Below, piece by piece: positions 27,485 to 41,584 of a DNA stretch of 64,000 bases. Positions within the stretch are counted from its first letter, which is position 1, and each line of letters begins with the position of its first letter. The stretch lies in contig OX597821.1 of NCBI GenBank assembly GCA_951406725.2, positions 11,904,001 through 11,968,000 on the forward strand, in the 5' to 3' direction. Source of the DNA: Octopus vulgaris. Its lineage: Eukaryota. The position numbers were made by a program, and so were the translations under genes. The notes beneath the pieces were generated by a model. That model saw nothing but the letters and a program-made list of their open reading frames with translations, searched no databases and was not told the origin of the DNA.

Positions 27485-28159
27485 ATGGTGCATCCTCGTC
27501 GTTTTTATTTATCTACTGACTGCCATTCTGTATATGAGAATATGCTGCAGCATCTAAATATTTGTTTATATATTTGCCAACATACTTAATAGAGTTAACA
27601 GAGTTGCAGAAGTCAACGTTGAATCTGGTTACCTGTACTCGCCTTTGCTTCATTGTAGAATACTGATCATCTACATCTTCCGCGACTCCTCTTGTAGAGA
27701 GTGAGAACATATTCTCAGAAACTCTTTCGACAATTAAAATCAGGATTAAATGAAAAAATGAGTTACGGGAATATCACAAGAATAATTGAAATAAATGTCG
27801 ATTATTTAGTATTTATGGCAATATTTAGATTAATTTAGATATTGATTTGATGTGGAGATTAACGTGTTAACTTTATGATATCTTCCACTCCGAAGGGAAA
27901 TACAGCATGCCAAATGGGATAATGAACTTACACGGCATCAGCCGTATAAATGGTATAATTGTATTCTGCATTAAATGTTGAATAGAATTTTTTCGCTGTT
28001 TTACCTATCAATTCATATTTGATATTTGCTCTATTTATCTGTCTCCCTCTCGTCCTATGTGCAAACAAAGAAAACCTACAAACCTACTGCTTCAGGTCAA
28101 TATGGCCTAAATGGCAGGCCATGCTGCTTTTCGATTCATTCGTAGGAACTCATTTGTGT

Positions 28160-28350
28160 ATGTCTTTGAGTCTGTGTCTGTCGCCCCTATTACCGCTTGA
28201 CAAACGGTGCTGGTTCAGCGAAAGAGAACGACAGAATAAGTACTAGGCTTAAAACATAGGTCGTGGGGGCGATTTATTCGACTACACCCCTTCAAAGCGG
28301 TGATCCAGTTAAATGATTCAAAGTGGTGATCAGTCAAATGATTGAAACAT
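28160..28350 (+). mobile_element. SINE family A, diverged 3' fragment
   Basis: ccgcttgacaaacggtgctgg...agaataagtactaggctt...gatttattcgacta. Confidence 0.7.
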
Positions 28351-28813
28351 ATAAAAAATATATACATATGTGTGTATATGCGGATGTGCGCGTGTATGTA
28401 TGTGTGTGATTGTGCGTGTGCATGCATGTAAGTAGGTGTGTTTGTTTGTGAGTGTATGTATATTCCATATCACGTTCTAAACGGTGATTAAGTATTCATT
28501 AAGCACATAGGTGTTTCAACAGTTGTTTAATGGCCTCGTGTTGCGAAGTTATAGAAGAAAATCATTTGTTATGACAAAAATAAACTTCGTAAAGTAGTAA
28601 AGCAATGGATCTACATGAGAAAGTAAGCCTGTAAAAAATGGTAAGTCTAGAATAAAACTAGATATAAAGCTAAAAATGAAAATATGACAGCTGGCGCCTT
28701 TGTGTTGAATGTCATTCGTAACAATTTGCTAATGGATCTATAAATTTATTCCGCGTAATTACGATATAAATTTAGAAACGAATCTGCTGACATAAAGATA
28801 TATATATATATAC

Positions 28814-28856
<43 letters not shown>

Positions 28857-29139
28857 CATACATATATATATATGCATATATATATATATACACACACATA
28901 AATGCATATATATATATACACATATATACATATATATTCATTATCTATATACATATATATTTATATGCATTACATATACATATACACAGACATGACAGAA
29001 GTAAATAGACAGACTTATACGCATTAAAATTAATTTAAATCTGAAATTATACATTCAAATTATTTATTAATTGTTATAATGTGAATATTTAGTATTTAGT
29101 AGACATGTTCTTTGAATTTTTCAATGTAAGGGTACTATT

Positions 29140-29760
29140 AAGCATGTCCAGATGACGAATATTCTCTTGCGGAATTTCTTGCCAAGTTTCATGCAGTTAT
29201 CTTAAAAGATCTTGCTTTAAATATGCTTTCTTGTTCTTTTTATGAAGTATCTTGTCCATTATGTCCCTAGAGGTGTTCAATGGGAATCAATGTCTGGTGA
29301 TTGGCTTGGCCATGGAAGCTTTTTAATGCCATTCTTATCCAACAAATGTTGAGTCATTTTAGCTGTGTGACAAAGAGCCACATCTTCCATAAATAAAGAG
29401 TCTTCTTTAATCATTTCACCACTGGAGAAGATTGCAAGGAGTCCTTTCTGCATTATGGACACATTTATCTGACTTTATCTTTCCCTCACACTCCACCAGA
29501 AATGATCAACCATTACTACAAATTGTTCCCCAGACCACTACAAAATAACTGCTGTGTTTCATTGTTGGCTGCAATCTTTTCACATCAAATTCTTGATCGC
29601 ATTGTCTTCAGATCCACACCTGAGCACTGTCTGAAAATACAGCAAATCTGGGCACATCAGAGAAAATGACAGAGTCCCAAAGTGTTTGTGGCCACTCCAC
29701 TACGTCACTGGCCTAATCTATAATCTGCTTGATGTTGGCGTGTCGGCGAAGTGGCTTCCT
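29140..29760 (-). pseudogene. Tc1-like (DD34E) transposase remnant
   Basis: WDSVIFSD, FMEDVALCHTAK and LPWPSQSPDI motifs, with stops and frameshifts. Confidence 0.85.
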
Positions 29761-30031
29761 TCCACGACGGGCAGAGGGGATGGCCACGAAGTCGACGATT
29801 TTAAACTAACGGAGACAGCACACTCATACCGCCCGAGGAAACACAGCTAGATCTCATTATGCAAACAAGCAGTAAATAATTGCACAATAAAATATATTTA
29901 TTCCGGGAGAACTAATCTGCGTCGAAACAATTGTGGCGATTAAAATATAACTGTCCAAACATACTCCATGTTGTGGACTCCAAATATATTAGATTTTAAT
30001 CTATCTATCTATTTATCTATCTATATATGTA

Positions 30032-30120
<89 letters not shown>

Positions 30121-30323
30121 AAATAATTAATGTGGCAATATCCACTGCTACTAAACAGTAACGGAGGATGCAGGCAGCACCAGCATTGCTAGAAGTAAGA
30201 GTCAAAGAACTATTTAACCACAGAAAGTACATTTCCTATTTACTGACAGGGGGAACCTCACTACCACAATTGAGTGGCATTAGATTGGCAACACCCAATC
30301 CAATAGACTATATATATATATAT

Positions 30324-30380
<57 letters not shown>

Positions 30381-31171
30381 TATATGTGTGTGTGTTTGGA
30401 AACGGATATGAGTGATATGAAGATGAGAGAACGGCGAAGAGACTTTTTTGCGTATAGGATTATTTGTAGTGATTCAGTACAATTTCCTACTAATAGGTGG
30501 AGGCAGGTTAAAATTCCAGATTTTGATTTCAATATCATCTATTTATTTCGAAGTTACCGAGTAGAACGACCCTACATGTGAATATCAACTGTTTCTACAC
30601 GAGTTGTCAACGGTCTAGGCTAGATATTTCTATAGTAAGTCTGAGTTAACCTACGCATGCAACTCTCCCCTATCCACGAAACCAATGCTTATCCAAGGGA
30701 TAGCCACTGACTTGGGGTGGTAGATATTGGTATCAGTAGCGACTTAGGTGTGTTGCAGTCAGAACAGATCCCTCAAATAGACTTACTCTATCTAGCTTCT
30801 AATATTTCTTATTACATATCGACCTGATTTAGAATTTTTATCGATCACGACGAGATGAAAGAAATAGTGACCCCGGTGGGAATTTGGTATATCATACAGT
30901 GAGTCGTAACAATAAAGTGTGTCACAGTTTTTCAAACTCAGTAAGATAGAAACCACCGAATATGTTTTCGGAAATAGTCGTAAAAAGATAGTTTTGTTGT
31001 TATTGTTGATATTGTTCTTGTTTTGCCTGGCCTAGCTTAAACTACATCTAGCTCCCGTATGATGTAGAAGTGGTCAGCCAAATGACAAGGTATGTCAATC
31101 AGATCTATGTTTCCTATTATACCAGCTTGCTCTAAACCTAAGAACCATATTGAGCAAACACATTCAGTAAT

Positions 31172-31592
31172 TAGAAATATTGAATTACTAAATGTCTCGA
31201 AGAGACATGAGCGGTGGTGGAGCGATAGAGTGGTTGTATACTGTCAACATAACGTGACAGTCCAGTAAAGGGAATCACACCACCGCTGTTTAGCCCTAGG
31301 AATCTTCGACGCTTCCTGTCGGCTTTGACACATTTCCTGTGTCTTTATATTTGCGAAGGGGTGGCAATCACCCCCATCAGCTAGGATTCACACCTGAAGA
31401 CATGCATGTTTCTGGATCTTACCCGTCATCAGGTGTGAATCCTAGCTGGTGGAGGTGCTTGCCTCCCCTTCACAAATATAAGAACACAGGAAATGTGTCA
31501 AAGCCGACAGGAAGCGTCGATGATTCCTAGGGCTAAACAGCGGTGGTGTGATTCCCTTTACTGGACTGTCCCGTTATGTTGACAGTATACAA
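31172..31592. mobile_element. Hairpin insertion with 12-bp TSD and an HHR core at the apex
   Basis: Arms 31234-31401 and 31425-31592; TSD acattcagtaat at 31160-31171 and 31593-31604. Confidence 0.9.
31399..31432 (-). ncRNA. Hammerhead core, native stem I incomplete
   Basis: CTGATGA-C-GGG-TAAGA-TCC-A-GAAA-CATGCATG-TC. Confidence 0.78.
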
Positions 31593-32067
31593 ACATTCAG
31601 TAATGTTTGCTAGATGACTTTGATTTGTTACACTCACCATACTATGATCAATATTAGCATGTCTGTAGATTCTGTTTCTCAATAGAACGTCATAGGTTGT
31701 AGCTTAGTTCCTTCTAATGAGGTGGAGGAGTATTGGGGAAACAAATTCATATAGAATAAACCAAAGAAATGGGAAGGAAGGTTTCACGCTAATATATTGA
31801 GAGTCTTTGTTTCTAAAAATATAGGGAGTTTATGATTCCAAACTTCATGTGAGAGAGCAGAGTATCCTTGTTTAACGGTTTATTTTATTATAATTTTATT
31901 GTTTTTGGTTAGTAAATGTTATTTCCTATTGGCTTCTAGAAAGCAGGGAAAATGGCAACTATTCTCTTAAAAATTTGCTTTTGTGCCTAGAGATAATGTT
32001 TTCAAAATGACTTATTTTGTATTACATTTCAGGAACATCTAGCTCTAACGTGCTGAAGCAGAAATAC

Positions 32068-32254
32068 TGATTTCTTAACTACCCACAAGGGGCTAAACAT
32101 AGAGGGGACAAACAAGGACAGACAAACGGATTAAGTCGATTATATCGACCCCAGTGCGTAACTGGAACTTATTTAACCGACCCCGAAAGGATGAAAGGCA
32201 AAGTCGACCTCGGCGGAATTTGAACTCAGAATGTAACGGCAGACGAAATACCGC
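32068..32254 (-). mobile_element. SINE family B, 5'-truncated
   Basis: TSD gaagcagaaatac at 32055-32067 and 32255-32267. Confidence 0.9.
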
Positions 32255-32708
32255 GAAGCAGAAATACCGTTATAGCAAATATCTCGTTCCATAGAATTTT
32301 CTCTTCCTGAATTTAGATAAATAAAATTATTCAAACATGCAAACACTATCAGACATTTCAATCGAGATAGAATCATATGATTTTGAAACCCAGACTCTTA
32401 ACCACTCTACAACGTTCACATGCCAATGTATAGGCATAAATATGTGTGTGAATATACTGTGTTTGTGTGTGTATGCATGTGTGTGCTGCTGTATGCGTCT
32501 AGCTTTGCTTTTCGATATAGACCCACATACACACACGCACACACACAAGGACACGCAGGCTAATGCACACACACACGCACTCTTTTTCTTTCACTCACAC
32601 ACTCTTTCTCTCACTCACACACACACGAACTCCTCTCTCACACACATACCCAGAAACACAAACGTATATTTGGAAATGTGAAATGTGAAATATTGATTGC
32701 AGAATAGC

Positions 32709-32824
<116 letters not shown>

Positions 32825-35020
32825 TTCTGTTTCTGTTTGTCTTCCTGTGTAACTTTCTCTTTCTATCTGTCTATCTATCTGTCAGAGATATCACTCTATC
32901 TCTGTCTATGTCTACCTATCTGTCTGTCTGTACATGTGTCTATCCGTTTCTTTCCTCATTTTCTCATTATACATCCACCAATTTCTCTCCACTCTGTATC
33001 TCCTTTCTCTCTTTCTATTCTCTCCTCTCATTCTTCTCTGTTTAACTCACGCAACTGCCAGCTCTCTTCCTCAACTTCTTCACCCACCAACTCCTTCCTC
33101 TCCTTCCTCTCCTCTTCATCCTCCTCCACTTCCCCTTCTTAATGTATTTATATATTGACTCACCACTAACGTTGAATTACACAAAAAATATATTACATCG
33201 TTATCTTTATCAGTTTACGCGCCAATTTAGTTCGATCACTTTATTTTCTCGTGTGGATCACTGGTCTTGGCTGCTTATGTTAATTGGTCAACCTCTTTTG
33301 CCGGAAGAAGTAAAATCAAATTGTACTCCCTGTTATTATTTTTAGAGATGAGTCAACAATTTTAGTTCAGCGATACCGTTATAATATGCCCATGAGAAGA
33401 ATGTGTGTGTGTGCAATGACACTAATATATATATATATATATAACTGTAATAGAATGAAATCGTTTTAGTGCAATGTAAAATAGTGTCATATTTTTGCGT
33501 TTGTTCATCGAAGGTAGAGAAAACGGCGTAGAAATTGTAGCTACGACAATGATACATGTGAATGTGTAATAATATATTGCACAGATGCACACATACTTAG
33601 AGAAAAATGCGAGAGTGGAAGAAATAAATCATAATATTTGTAACGGCACCGTGCCTGCACTAAATGTTATTTAGGAAGTGGTTGGACGAAATCGATATCA
33701 CCAGCGGAGTCCTCGTTAGTATTAACACCACCATGACCGTCAAAGTCAGTGGTAGAAGCAGCATTTTCTACTACAATAAAACCAACATGCTAGATCTTCT
33801 GATGGTTAATCGTATTTGATAGAAATATCAAAACTCAGCCAGTTTTTAGTTATGGTATGTTTTTATTTATTTCGATCGTGGAGAAGTATATATCAAATTA
33901 TGGTAATTCCGGAAAACTCTGATTGAAAAAGAAAGAAAGAATGACTGAAGAAATCAAAGAAAAAATGAGAAAGAAACAGCATGAGAACACCATGCTATGC
34001 CTTCCACTAGTCGTTCCTATCTGGCACAAATAACACCCAAAACTCACTCAAACTTCAGTTACAGATTTTCTTTATTTTTTTTTCTTTTGTAAGAAAGAAT
34101 ATATATCGGAAGATGTACTTCTAGAAAACACTAGTTGAAAAAGAAAGAAAGAATGAAAAATAGAAAGAAAACAAGAGAAACACATATGAGATGTTCGCAT
34201 CTCAAACACCTCTGAACATAGCACTCTAAGACCACGATTAACCTGAGGCTACGCAGCCTCATCACCATAATCAAGTCCAACACGAGCACTACCACCTCGA
34301 AAGCAACAATGACAAAAAATATCTAAACATCTCAACAATATCCAGCACCACCACCAATAACAGCAACAACAACAAATAATTGTGAACATAAAAGAACACG
34401 CACACTTGTTAAGGTGCAGAATTTCTGAACGATAGCATCATAGGGAGATTAAGTATATATTTTTTCTATATATTGTCTGTAAATGTCAGCCATAGAAAGT
34501 AAAGCAATAGTTGATTTATAAGTGGAAACCTGAATCCGTGTGAACGAGGAGAACATCATAAGTATGTGTTCATACAAACGTTTATGTGTATATAAGTGCG
34601 AATGTATGTGGATGTTTCAAGGGGCTGTATGTGTTTCTATGTGTGTGCGTATTATACGTAGACAATAAACGTGATAGTTTCAAATTATACCTTGAATGTA
34701 AGGCATAATGATCTAAAGCTCATTAGTGTGGCGAAGGACATTCATGCAGTGCTTCAAACTGTGCAAATAACGGTTAATCTGTTATCAGAACTCCTGGACG
34801 GAGACAAAGGAGAGAGAAAGAGTGAAAGTGAGAAGAGAAAGGAGACAGGTTCAGAGATAGTGAGAAAGGTGAAGAGGTGGTGCAGGGGGTCAGCAGAAGA
34901 AGGAACTGAAAGAATGAAATAAAATCGAGAAAGAGACCACTACATAAATATATAGCCACATATACGTACATATAAACATATACATATATATATATTGTAT
35001 CACACATATATATTGCATCA

Positions 35021-35068
<48 letters not shown>

Positions 35069-35181
35069 AATATAAATATATACACACATACATACATACG
35101 TAACACAATTTTTAATCTTCGGATTTTTTTAGATATGCTAAGCCACTGGTTTTAATTGATTAGTATCAATTTCTACCCTTA

Positions 35182-35244
<63 letters not shown>

Positions 35245-35259
35245 ATATACACATATATA

Positions 35260-35317
<58 letters not shown>

Positions 35318-35765
35318 TATGTGTGTATGTATATATATATACATTTAGTGAATGTGAGTATGGGAGAGAGCGAGAGAGATTAATAACCGCGCGAATAAAT
35401 GGAGAAGAATTAGGAAGTATCAGCACGTGAATCCCTGTAAATACGAGAAAAGTTGTTCGGTAAGAAAGGAAGAAACTAAGAAAGCAGCTCGTCTAAGGTC
35501 AAAAAGCGACGACAAAGGAAAAAGTGAAAATGGAAATATATGAAAGGAAACAAAAAGGTGACGGAATAAGAATGCAATGCATATAAAATATGTGTGCGTG
35601 CGCGCCCACGTGTGTGTGTGCATATGAGCGCGTGAGCGTGTGAGTACATACGACGGGTGTATGAAAAGTCTTGAGCCGACAAAAAACACTACATAATACA
35701 AGACCTCTGATGACAGTACAAGTCTCCAAGGCCTTCAAGCCTCAAAACTTTTATACACGTCTCTT

Positions 35766-35807
<42 letters not shown>

Positions 35808-35887
35808 GTCAGTAGAACATGAGACTTTTACGAGTTGACCATAGACATAAACTGAGGGTCACGGGTTCAAGTTTCTTTGCGAGCATA

Positions 35888-35961
<74 letters not shown>

Positions 35962-36644
35962 TATAAGGAATTCCAACCTTGTCTGATTTTCACGTTTTAT
36001 TTACAATTTTATAATAATATAATATAATAGAATAAAATAAAATAAAATAATATATATATATATATACTGATTCCAAATTCTGGCGCAAGGCCAGCAATTT
36101 AGGGGAGGTGTATGTCTATTATATTAACCCCACCAGAGCTAAGCAAGTACTTCTTTTATCGATTTCGAAATGATGAAACGCAAAGTCGACCTCGGTGGGA
36201 CTTATAAAAGACAGTTAAAATTACAATATATTATTCTGCTCTGCCATTCTTTAAGAGTATCCTGAGGATAGGCAGCACCATTACCACTGATCGAAATAGC
36301 ACCCAAAACTCCCTCAAATCTCAATTTCAGTTATTTTCTTTGTCTTTCTTCTTTCTTTAGTAAGGAAAGTTATATTGGCTGATGGACCGGGAAACTCCAC
36401 TATGACTTGCTTGTAGAGTTTCGTATGCGTTCAAGCTTCAAGCACCCATATAAATATCTCGCAGTATCATGATTAAGGAGCAATGCAGAATTAAGTCTAA
36501 TGATTTTATATAGTTACGTACATTTAAGTTGTCGTTTCGAATGTTGCTCTAGTGAAGGTTCATTATTCTCGTAACCATAAAATAAAGTATTAATTATGTC
36601 AGACAATATATTGAGCTGCCTTCTCACCCTAACAAGTGATTGTA

Positions 36645-37196
36645 TGGAGTCGTCCGGAAAGTTCATGCCGATTTGTGGTAGATTAGCTTTCGACTTATTT
36701 TGGAACATGGTTGAGTCCATAAAATAGGATTTGACTACACCTCCATTTAGAGCACAGTTTCAGCTACCTTTTCGTGGAAGAAGGTTTATGTTCCTATAAC
36801 ATGTGTTAAGTCTGTAACCCTTTAAAATTGAAAAGAAAGTTCCTTTTCGACACTTGATACTTTGGAAACCAGACAAAAATTGCTGCAGCTCGGCTGGGAT
36901 GTGTTACCCCACCCACCATATTCACCAGATATTGCTCCTTCAGATTTCCACTTGTTCAGGTCTCTGCAGAATAGTCTTAATGGTAAAAATTTCAATTCCT
37001 TGGATGACATGAAAAGATACTTTGATGAAGTATTTGCCATGAAACCACCTCAGTTCTGGGAAGATGGTAGTTTCAAGTTGGAGACGCATTGTGCAACAAA
37101 ATGGTTCATATTTGGTTGATTAAAAATGTAATGGAAAGTATTTATTGACCTTTTTCATTCTTTTAAAAATCGGCACAAACTTTCCGGACAACCCAA
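36645..37196 (+). mobile_element. Internally deleted mariner (DD34D) transposon
   Basis: TIRs tggagtcgtccggaaagttcatgccgattt / aaatcggcacaaactttccggacaacccaa, TA TSD; ORF 36862-37119 LGWDVLPHPPYSPDIAPSDFHLFRSL. Confidence 0.93.
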
Positions 37197-37575
37197 TATT
37201 TTATGTCTTTTGCCGTAAAGTCATTAGAGTAAAATTTAAAATCAGATAAACTCAAGTCATGAATTCTATTCATGCTTTATCATCTCTCTTTACAAACACT
37301 ATCAATACAATTGAGAAAATTATAAATGTTACTCAACCTAATTCACTTTCCTCAGACATTGTTGTTTGCTTTTATACAAAATCATCGTTTATACTATGAA
37401 TAATCCGGTGTGTGACCTGGTCCAAATTTTATTTTGGATATTATTTCCTTGGATATGTTCATCCTTCATTTTCCTCGACATTCCTTTTGTTTTCCTTTTA
37501 GTTCCAATAGTGAATATAGCTTCCAGACGGCTTCGTGGAGATTTGCATTTTCCTCCACTTATTATTATGCATTAT

Positions 37576-37958
37576 GTGGAGGCGCAATGGTCCAGTGATT
37601 AGGGAAGCGGACTGGAAGTCATAGGATTGCGGTTTCGATTCCAAGACCCGGCGTAGTGAGTGTGTATGGAGTGAAAACACCTAAAGGTCCATGTAGCTCC
37701 CGCAGAAGGTAGTGGCGCACCCTGCTGTACTCTTTCACCATAAATTTCTCTCACTCATTTTTCCTGTTTCTCTTGTACCTGTATTTCAAAGGGCCAGCCT
37801 TGTTACACTCTGCGTCACGCTGAGTCTCACCGAGAACTACGTTGAGGGTACACGTGTCTGTGGAGTGCCCAGCCACTTGCACGTTAATTTCACGTGCAGC
37901 CTGTTCCGTTGATCAGATCAACTGGAACCCTCGTCGTCGTACCCGACGGAGTGCCACC
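37576..37958 (+). mobile_element. SINE family C, more diverged
   Basis: Homology to the 27.1 kb copy; TSD tattatgca(t/a)tat. Confidence 0.9.
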
Positions 37959-38478
37959 TATTATGCAATATGCTTGCGCCCATCTTTCACTTTATTCACT
38001 TTATCTAGTAGTTCTAACTTTCTTTTTTGAGCCTCCAATTGCAGAATTAATTTTTACGTGGCAGGAAACAGTCACTTTTACTCGATTTGTAATTCTGTAT
38101 CTACCACTAATTACATAGAAACTTTGAATTTCAAACTATAAAAACGCAAGTGGGCATTTTATAGTTGGAAAACGCATGGGGAAAGCGCAGTCTCTTAGTG
38201 AGCTTTATACTATCACAATTATATCTATTCTTAAACAATCTTTATCTCTAATAAACAACTTAGCTTCAGATTTCTTGAAATCTTCCAGAAGTCCATGGTG
38301 ATAGCAATAGCACTTCATGCAGCGTTTGAAAACCTTGACCGAGGGAGACGAGGAGGTTAGATTTTAGACTATCCATATGTGGGCAAGCTTGGGTACATTT
38401 GTTGATATTTTTAGACTTCCTTGTACTCCTGTTGTTCATTGCTCCGTTCCCTTGTTCTCACCTTTGCATAGACGTTTT

Positions 38479-38575
<97 letters not shown>

Positions 38576-39555
38576 ATGTATCCCTCATTGTGTATGTCAC
38601 TCTCTGCTTCTCGTTCTCTCTCCGTCTTTTAGATTCCCAGGGCAAAAATCTTGAAACTGCTCTAATTTGCATACACAGAACAGCTGGATATTTTACGTTA
38701 CACTACCAATCCCATTTCATTTCTTTATGAATGAAAGTCAGAGAATAGCTTCAGGTCTGTCCTACTTTTTTCGATGTTCATTATGCGCTGTACTCATGAT
38801 TACTAGTTCCAAGCACATTTCATTTTCTTAACTTTGCCTTTAAATTTGATACATAGTACACTATAAGGATAAGAAAAAGCTATTTTCTGTCAATATCTCG
38901 AAGAATAAGCTGCCCAACTCTTTGCAATATGAACTTATCCGTAGCAAAATTGCGTCGGTTCACCACTCCTTGTTGCAAAACTTCTTCAGACATGAAAATT
39001 CGGACATACACTTACGTATACTTTATCTGCCGCGTACATCCACTAGAATTTAGTACAGGTACAGGGAAAGCAGTTTCCGGTTTACAACGGGCAGATATTC
39101 AATATTTTCGTTTATAAAAACGTATGTGTTCTGTTGTAGCTTCTGTTTCACTTTTGTTGACTAACATGTCACTAGAATTATTCATATTACTACCCTAATC
39201 AATAGAGATATCATTAAGGTGATTTCGTTTGGAAATATATGTTGCTCTGACAGAATTCTTCATTTCCTCTTGTTTCTCATGCGTACATATCTTCATTTTC
39301 TTTACTTGCATTTTGTGAGTGTCTTAATACTATCTTTCTCAGACATCTTCTACATGCATGAGGCAAATAAGAAAACTAAACTAGAATTTGTCGAAAAACA
39401 TATCGTATTTTTCGTCTTAACTATGTACGGGCAGACTTCCAAATACTTCTAAGACTCCCTGTGTGAGCATAAAATTAACAAGAAAAATATCATTCCATGT
39501 GGCTGTTCTTATAAAATCCAGTGCTTTGAAGAGTGATTGGAAAACTTTCTGAACA

Positions 39556-39562
39556 AATAATA

Positions 39563-39660
<98 letters not shown>

Positions 39661-39742
39661 AAGAAGAAGAAGAAGAAGAAGAAGAAGAAGAAGAAGAAGA
39701 AGAAGAAGAAGAAGAAGAAGAAGAAGAAGAAGAAGAAGAAGA
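39556..39742. repeat. (AAT)n(AAG)n compound microsatellite
   Basis: Directly visible. Confidence 0.96.
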
Positions 39743-41178
39743 GGTAGAAGAAAAAGAAGGAGAAGAACAATAAGAACAAAAACAATGCCAAAAATAACAA
39801 CAATAATAATTCCATTAAAATATAAATAAATAAATAATTGATGCAGGTAGGAACTGAAGGGAAAAGAAAGCCGTTGTAATGAACGTGCCATTTGCAGGGT
39901 ATGAACTGAAATAATGTTGGAGCAAACCCAGCGTGAAGCAGTCATAGAAATTTCTACGTGGCGTAGCAACATTTAATACAAGATTTGTGTGAAAATAGTA
40001 AATATAAAAGCTAACTGCAACAACATATTACAACAACAAGAACAGCAAGAACAACAACAACACTAGAAACAAATAACTGAAAACTAAATACTAATGTTGA
40101 CAACAACGGAAACACACTGTTAGTATTTCTGCCATGAATACCCGGTTAAACGCATGCCATGGCATATTTTTTCCTCGGTGTTGCTTGTAGTCTTAGTGAA
40201 CGTGCACTAGAGAATGAAAGGGAAGTTCAATGGAGATCAAAATTACAACGACTTTAGCACGGCTTCAATTTTGTCATTAATGCATTTAAGAAACCTATAA
40301 TAATATTTGGCAGTTTGCAACCTACCTACTATCATACGTGCGATTCAGAATTACGCGTTAAACAATTTTACATTGGGAACAACATGATGACTTACTCGAA
40401 ATCTTTAAAATACGTTTAAGCAAAGTTTTCGGTATTTCACATTTTTGCATGAAAACATAAGGGTAGTATTAAGTTTATTGTGGTCTTATCATTGATCCTA
40501 CTCGAATAATTAAAAGTATTTAGAGTTTCATTTTGAGTTCCATCGCAGAATTGCAGGTTTTGGCTTGATTATGAAGTCGGTACGAAAGCCATTACAATGT
40601 AGGCTATACCCTATAGCAAGTACACCACTGCAATTAATTACCCTTATAATATAGTATTGCTCTGAGTATGAGAGTATTAATAATTTGTACTGGAAAATAA
40701 ATTAATATACAAACATGAATTCAAGTGTATATATGTAATTTTTCCAACGGGACCTTTTTCAACAATACACATTGAGAATGATACTCACCTACGTTGCCAT
40801 TATAATTTTGTTACTTATGCCTCCCAGTCTAAAAGTGACATAGTTCAAATAATTTTGAGCAGTGGTAATCGATTTTTGCAATAGATCAAGGCTTTATACT
40901 TCTCCCAAAACAATCCAGTCCATTAAATGCATCTTAATATATTGGTGAATGAATTTTTAGCGAAGTAAATGAGCAGTAAATATTTAATCGACATCATAAA
41001 AAATCTTCTAATTTAGGTACTACCAGGTGTTCTGCAAAGCATTTTAGCCGATGTCCTTTATTTCGCTGGCAATCTACATCCGTATTGATGCATAACTTGT
41101 CGAAATCACAGTTATGAAACGATAATTCTACTGGGGTAGCATGCGGGTTCAGTAAAGAGAATTATTATAAGATGAATA

Positions 41179-41584
41179 TCTTTTATCTTTTATCTTTTAC
41201 TTGTTTCAGTCATTTGACTGCGGCCATGCTGGAGCACCGCCTTTAGTCGAGCAAATCGACGCCGGGACTTATTCTTTGTAAGCCCAGTACTTATTCTATC
41301 GGGCTCTTTTTGCCGAACCGCTAAGTGACGGGGACGTAAACACACCAGCATCGGTTGTCAAGCAATGCTAGGGGGACAAACACAGACACACAAACACACA
41401 CATACATATATATATATACATATATACGACAGGCTTCTTTCAGTTTCTGCCTACCAAATCCACTCACAAGGCATTGGTCGGCCCGGGGCTATAGCAGAAG
41501 ACACTTACCCAAGATGTCACGCAGTGGGACTGAACCCGGAACCATGTGGTTGGTTAGCAAGCTACTTACCACACAGCCACTCCT
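41179..41584 (-). mobile_element. SINE family A
   Basis: Reverse complement of 3051-3482, with a (TAAAAGA)n tail. Confidence 0.93.

Noticed and set aside
35380-35480. Minus-strand polypyrimidine tract plus tttacag acceptor
   Set aside because: No downstream donor or coding signal; such sites are common by chance
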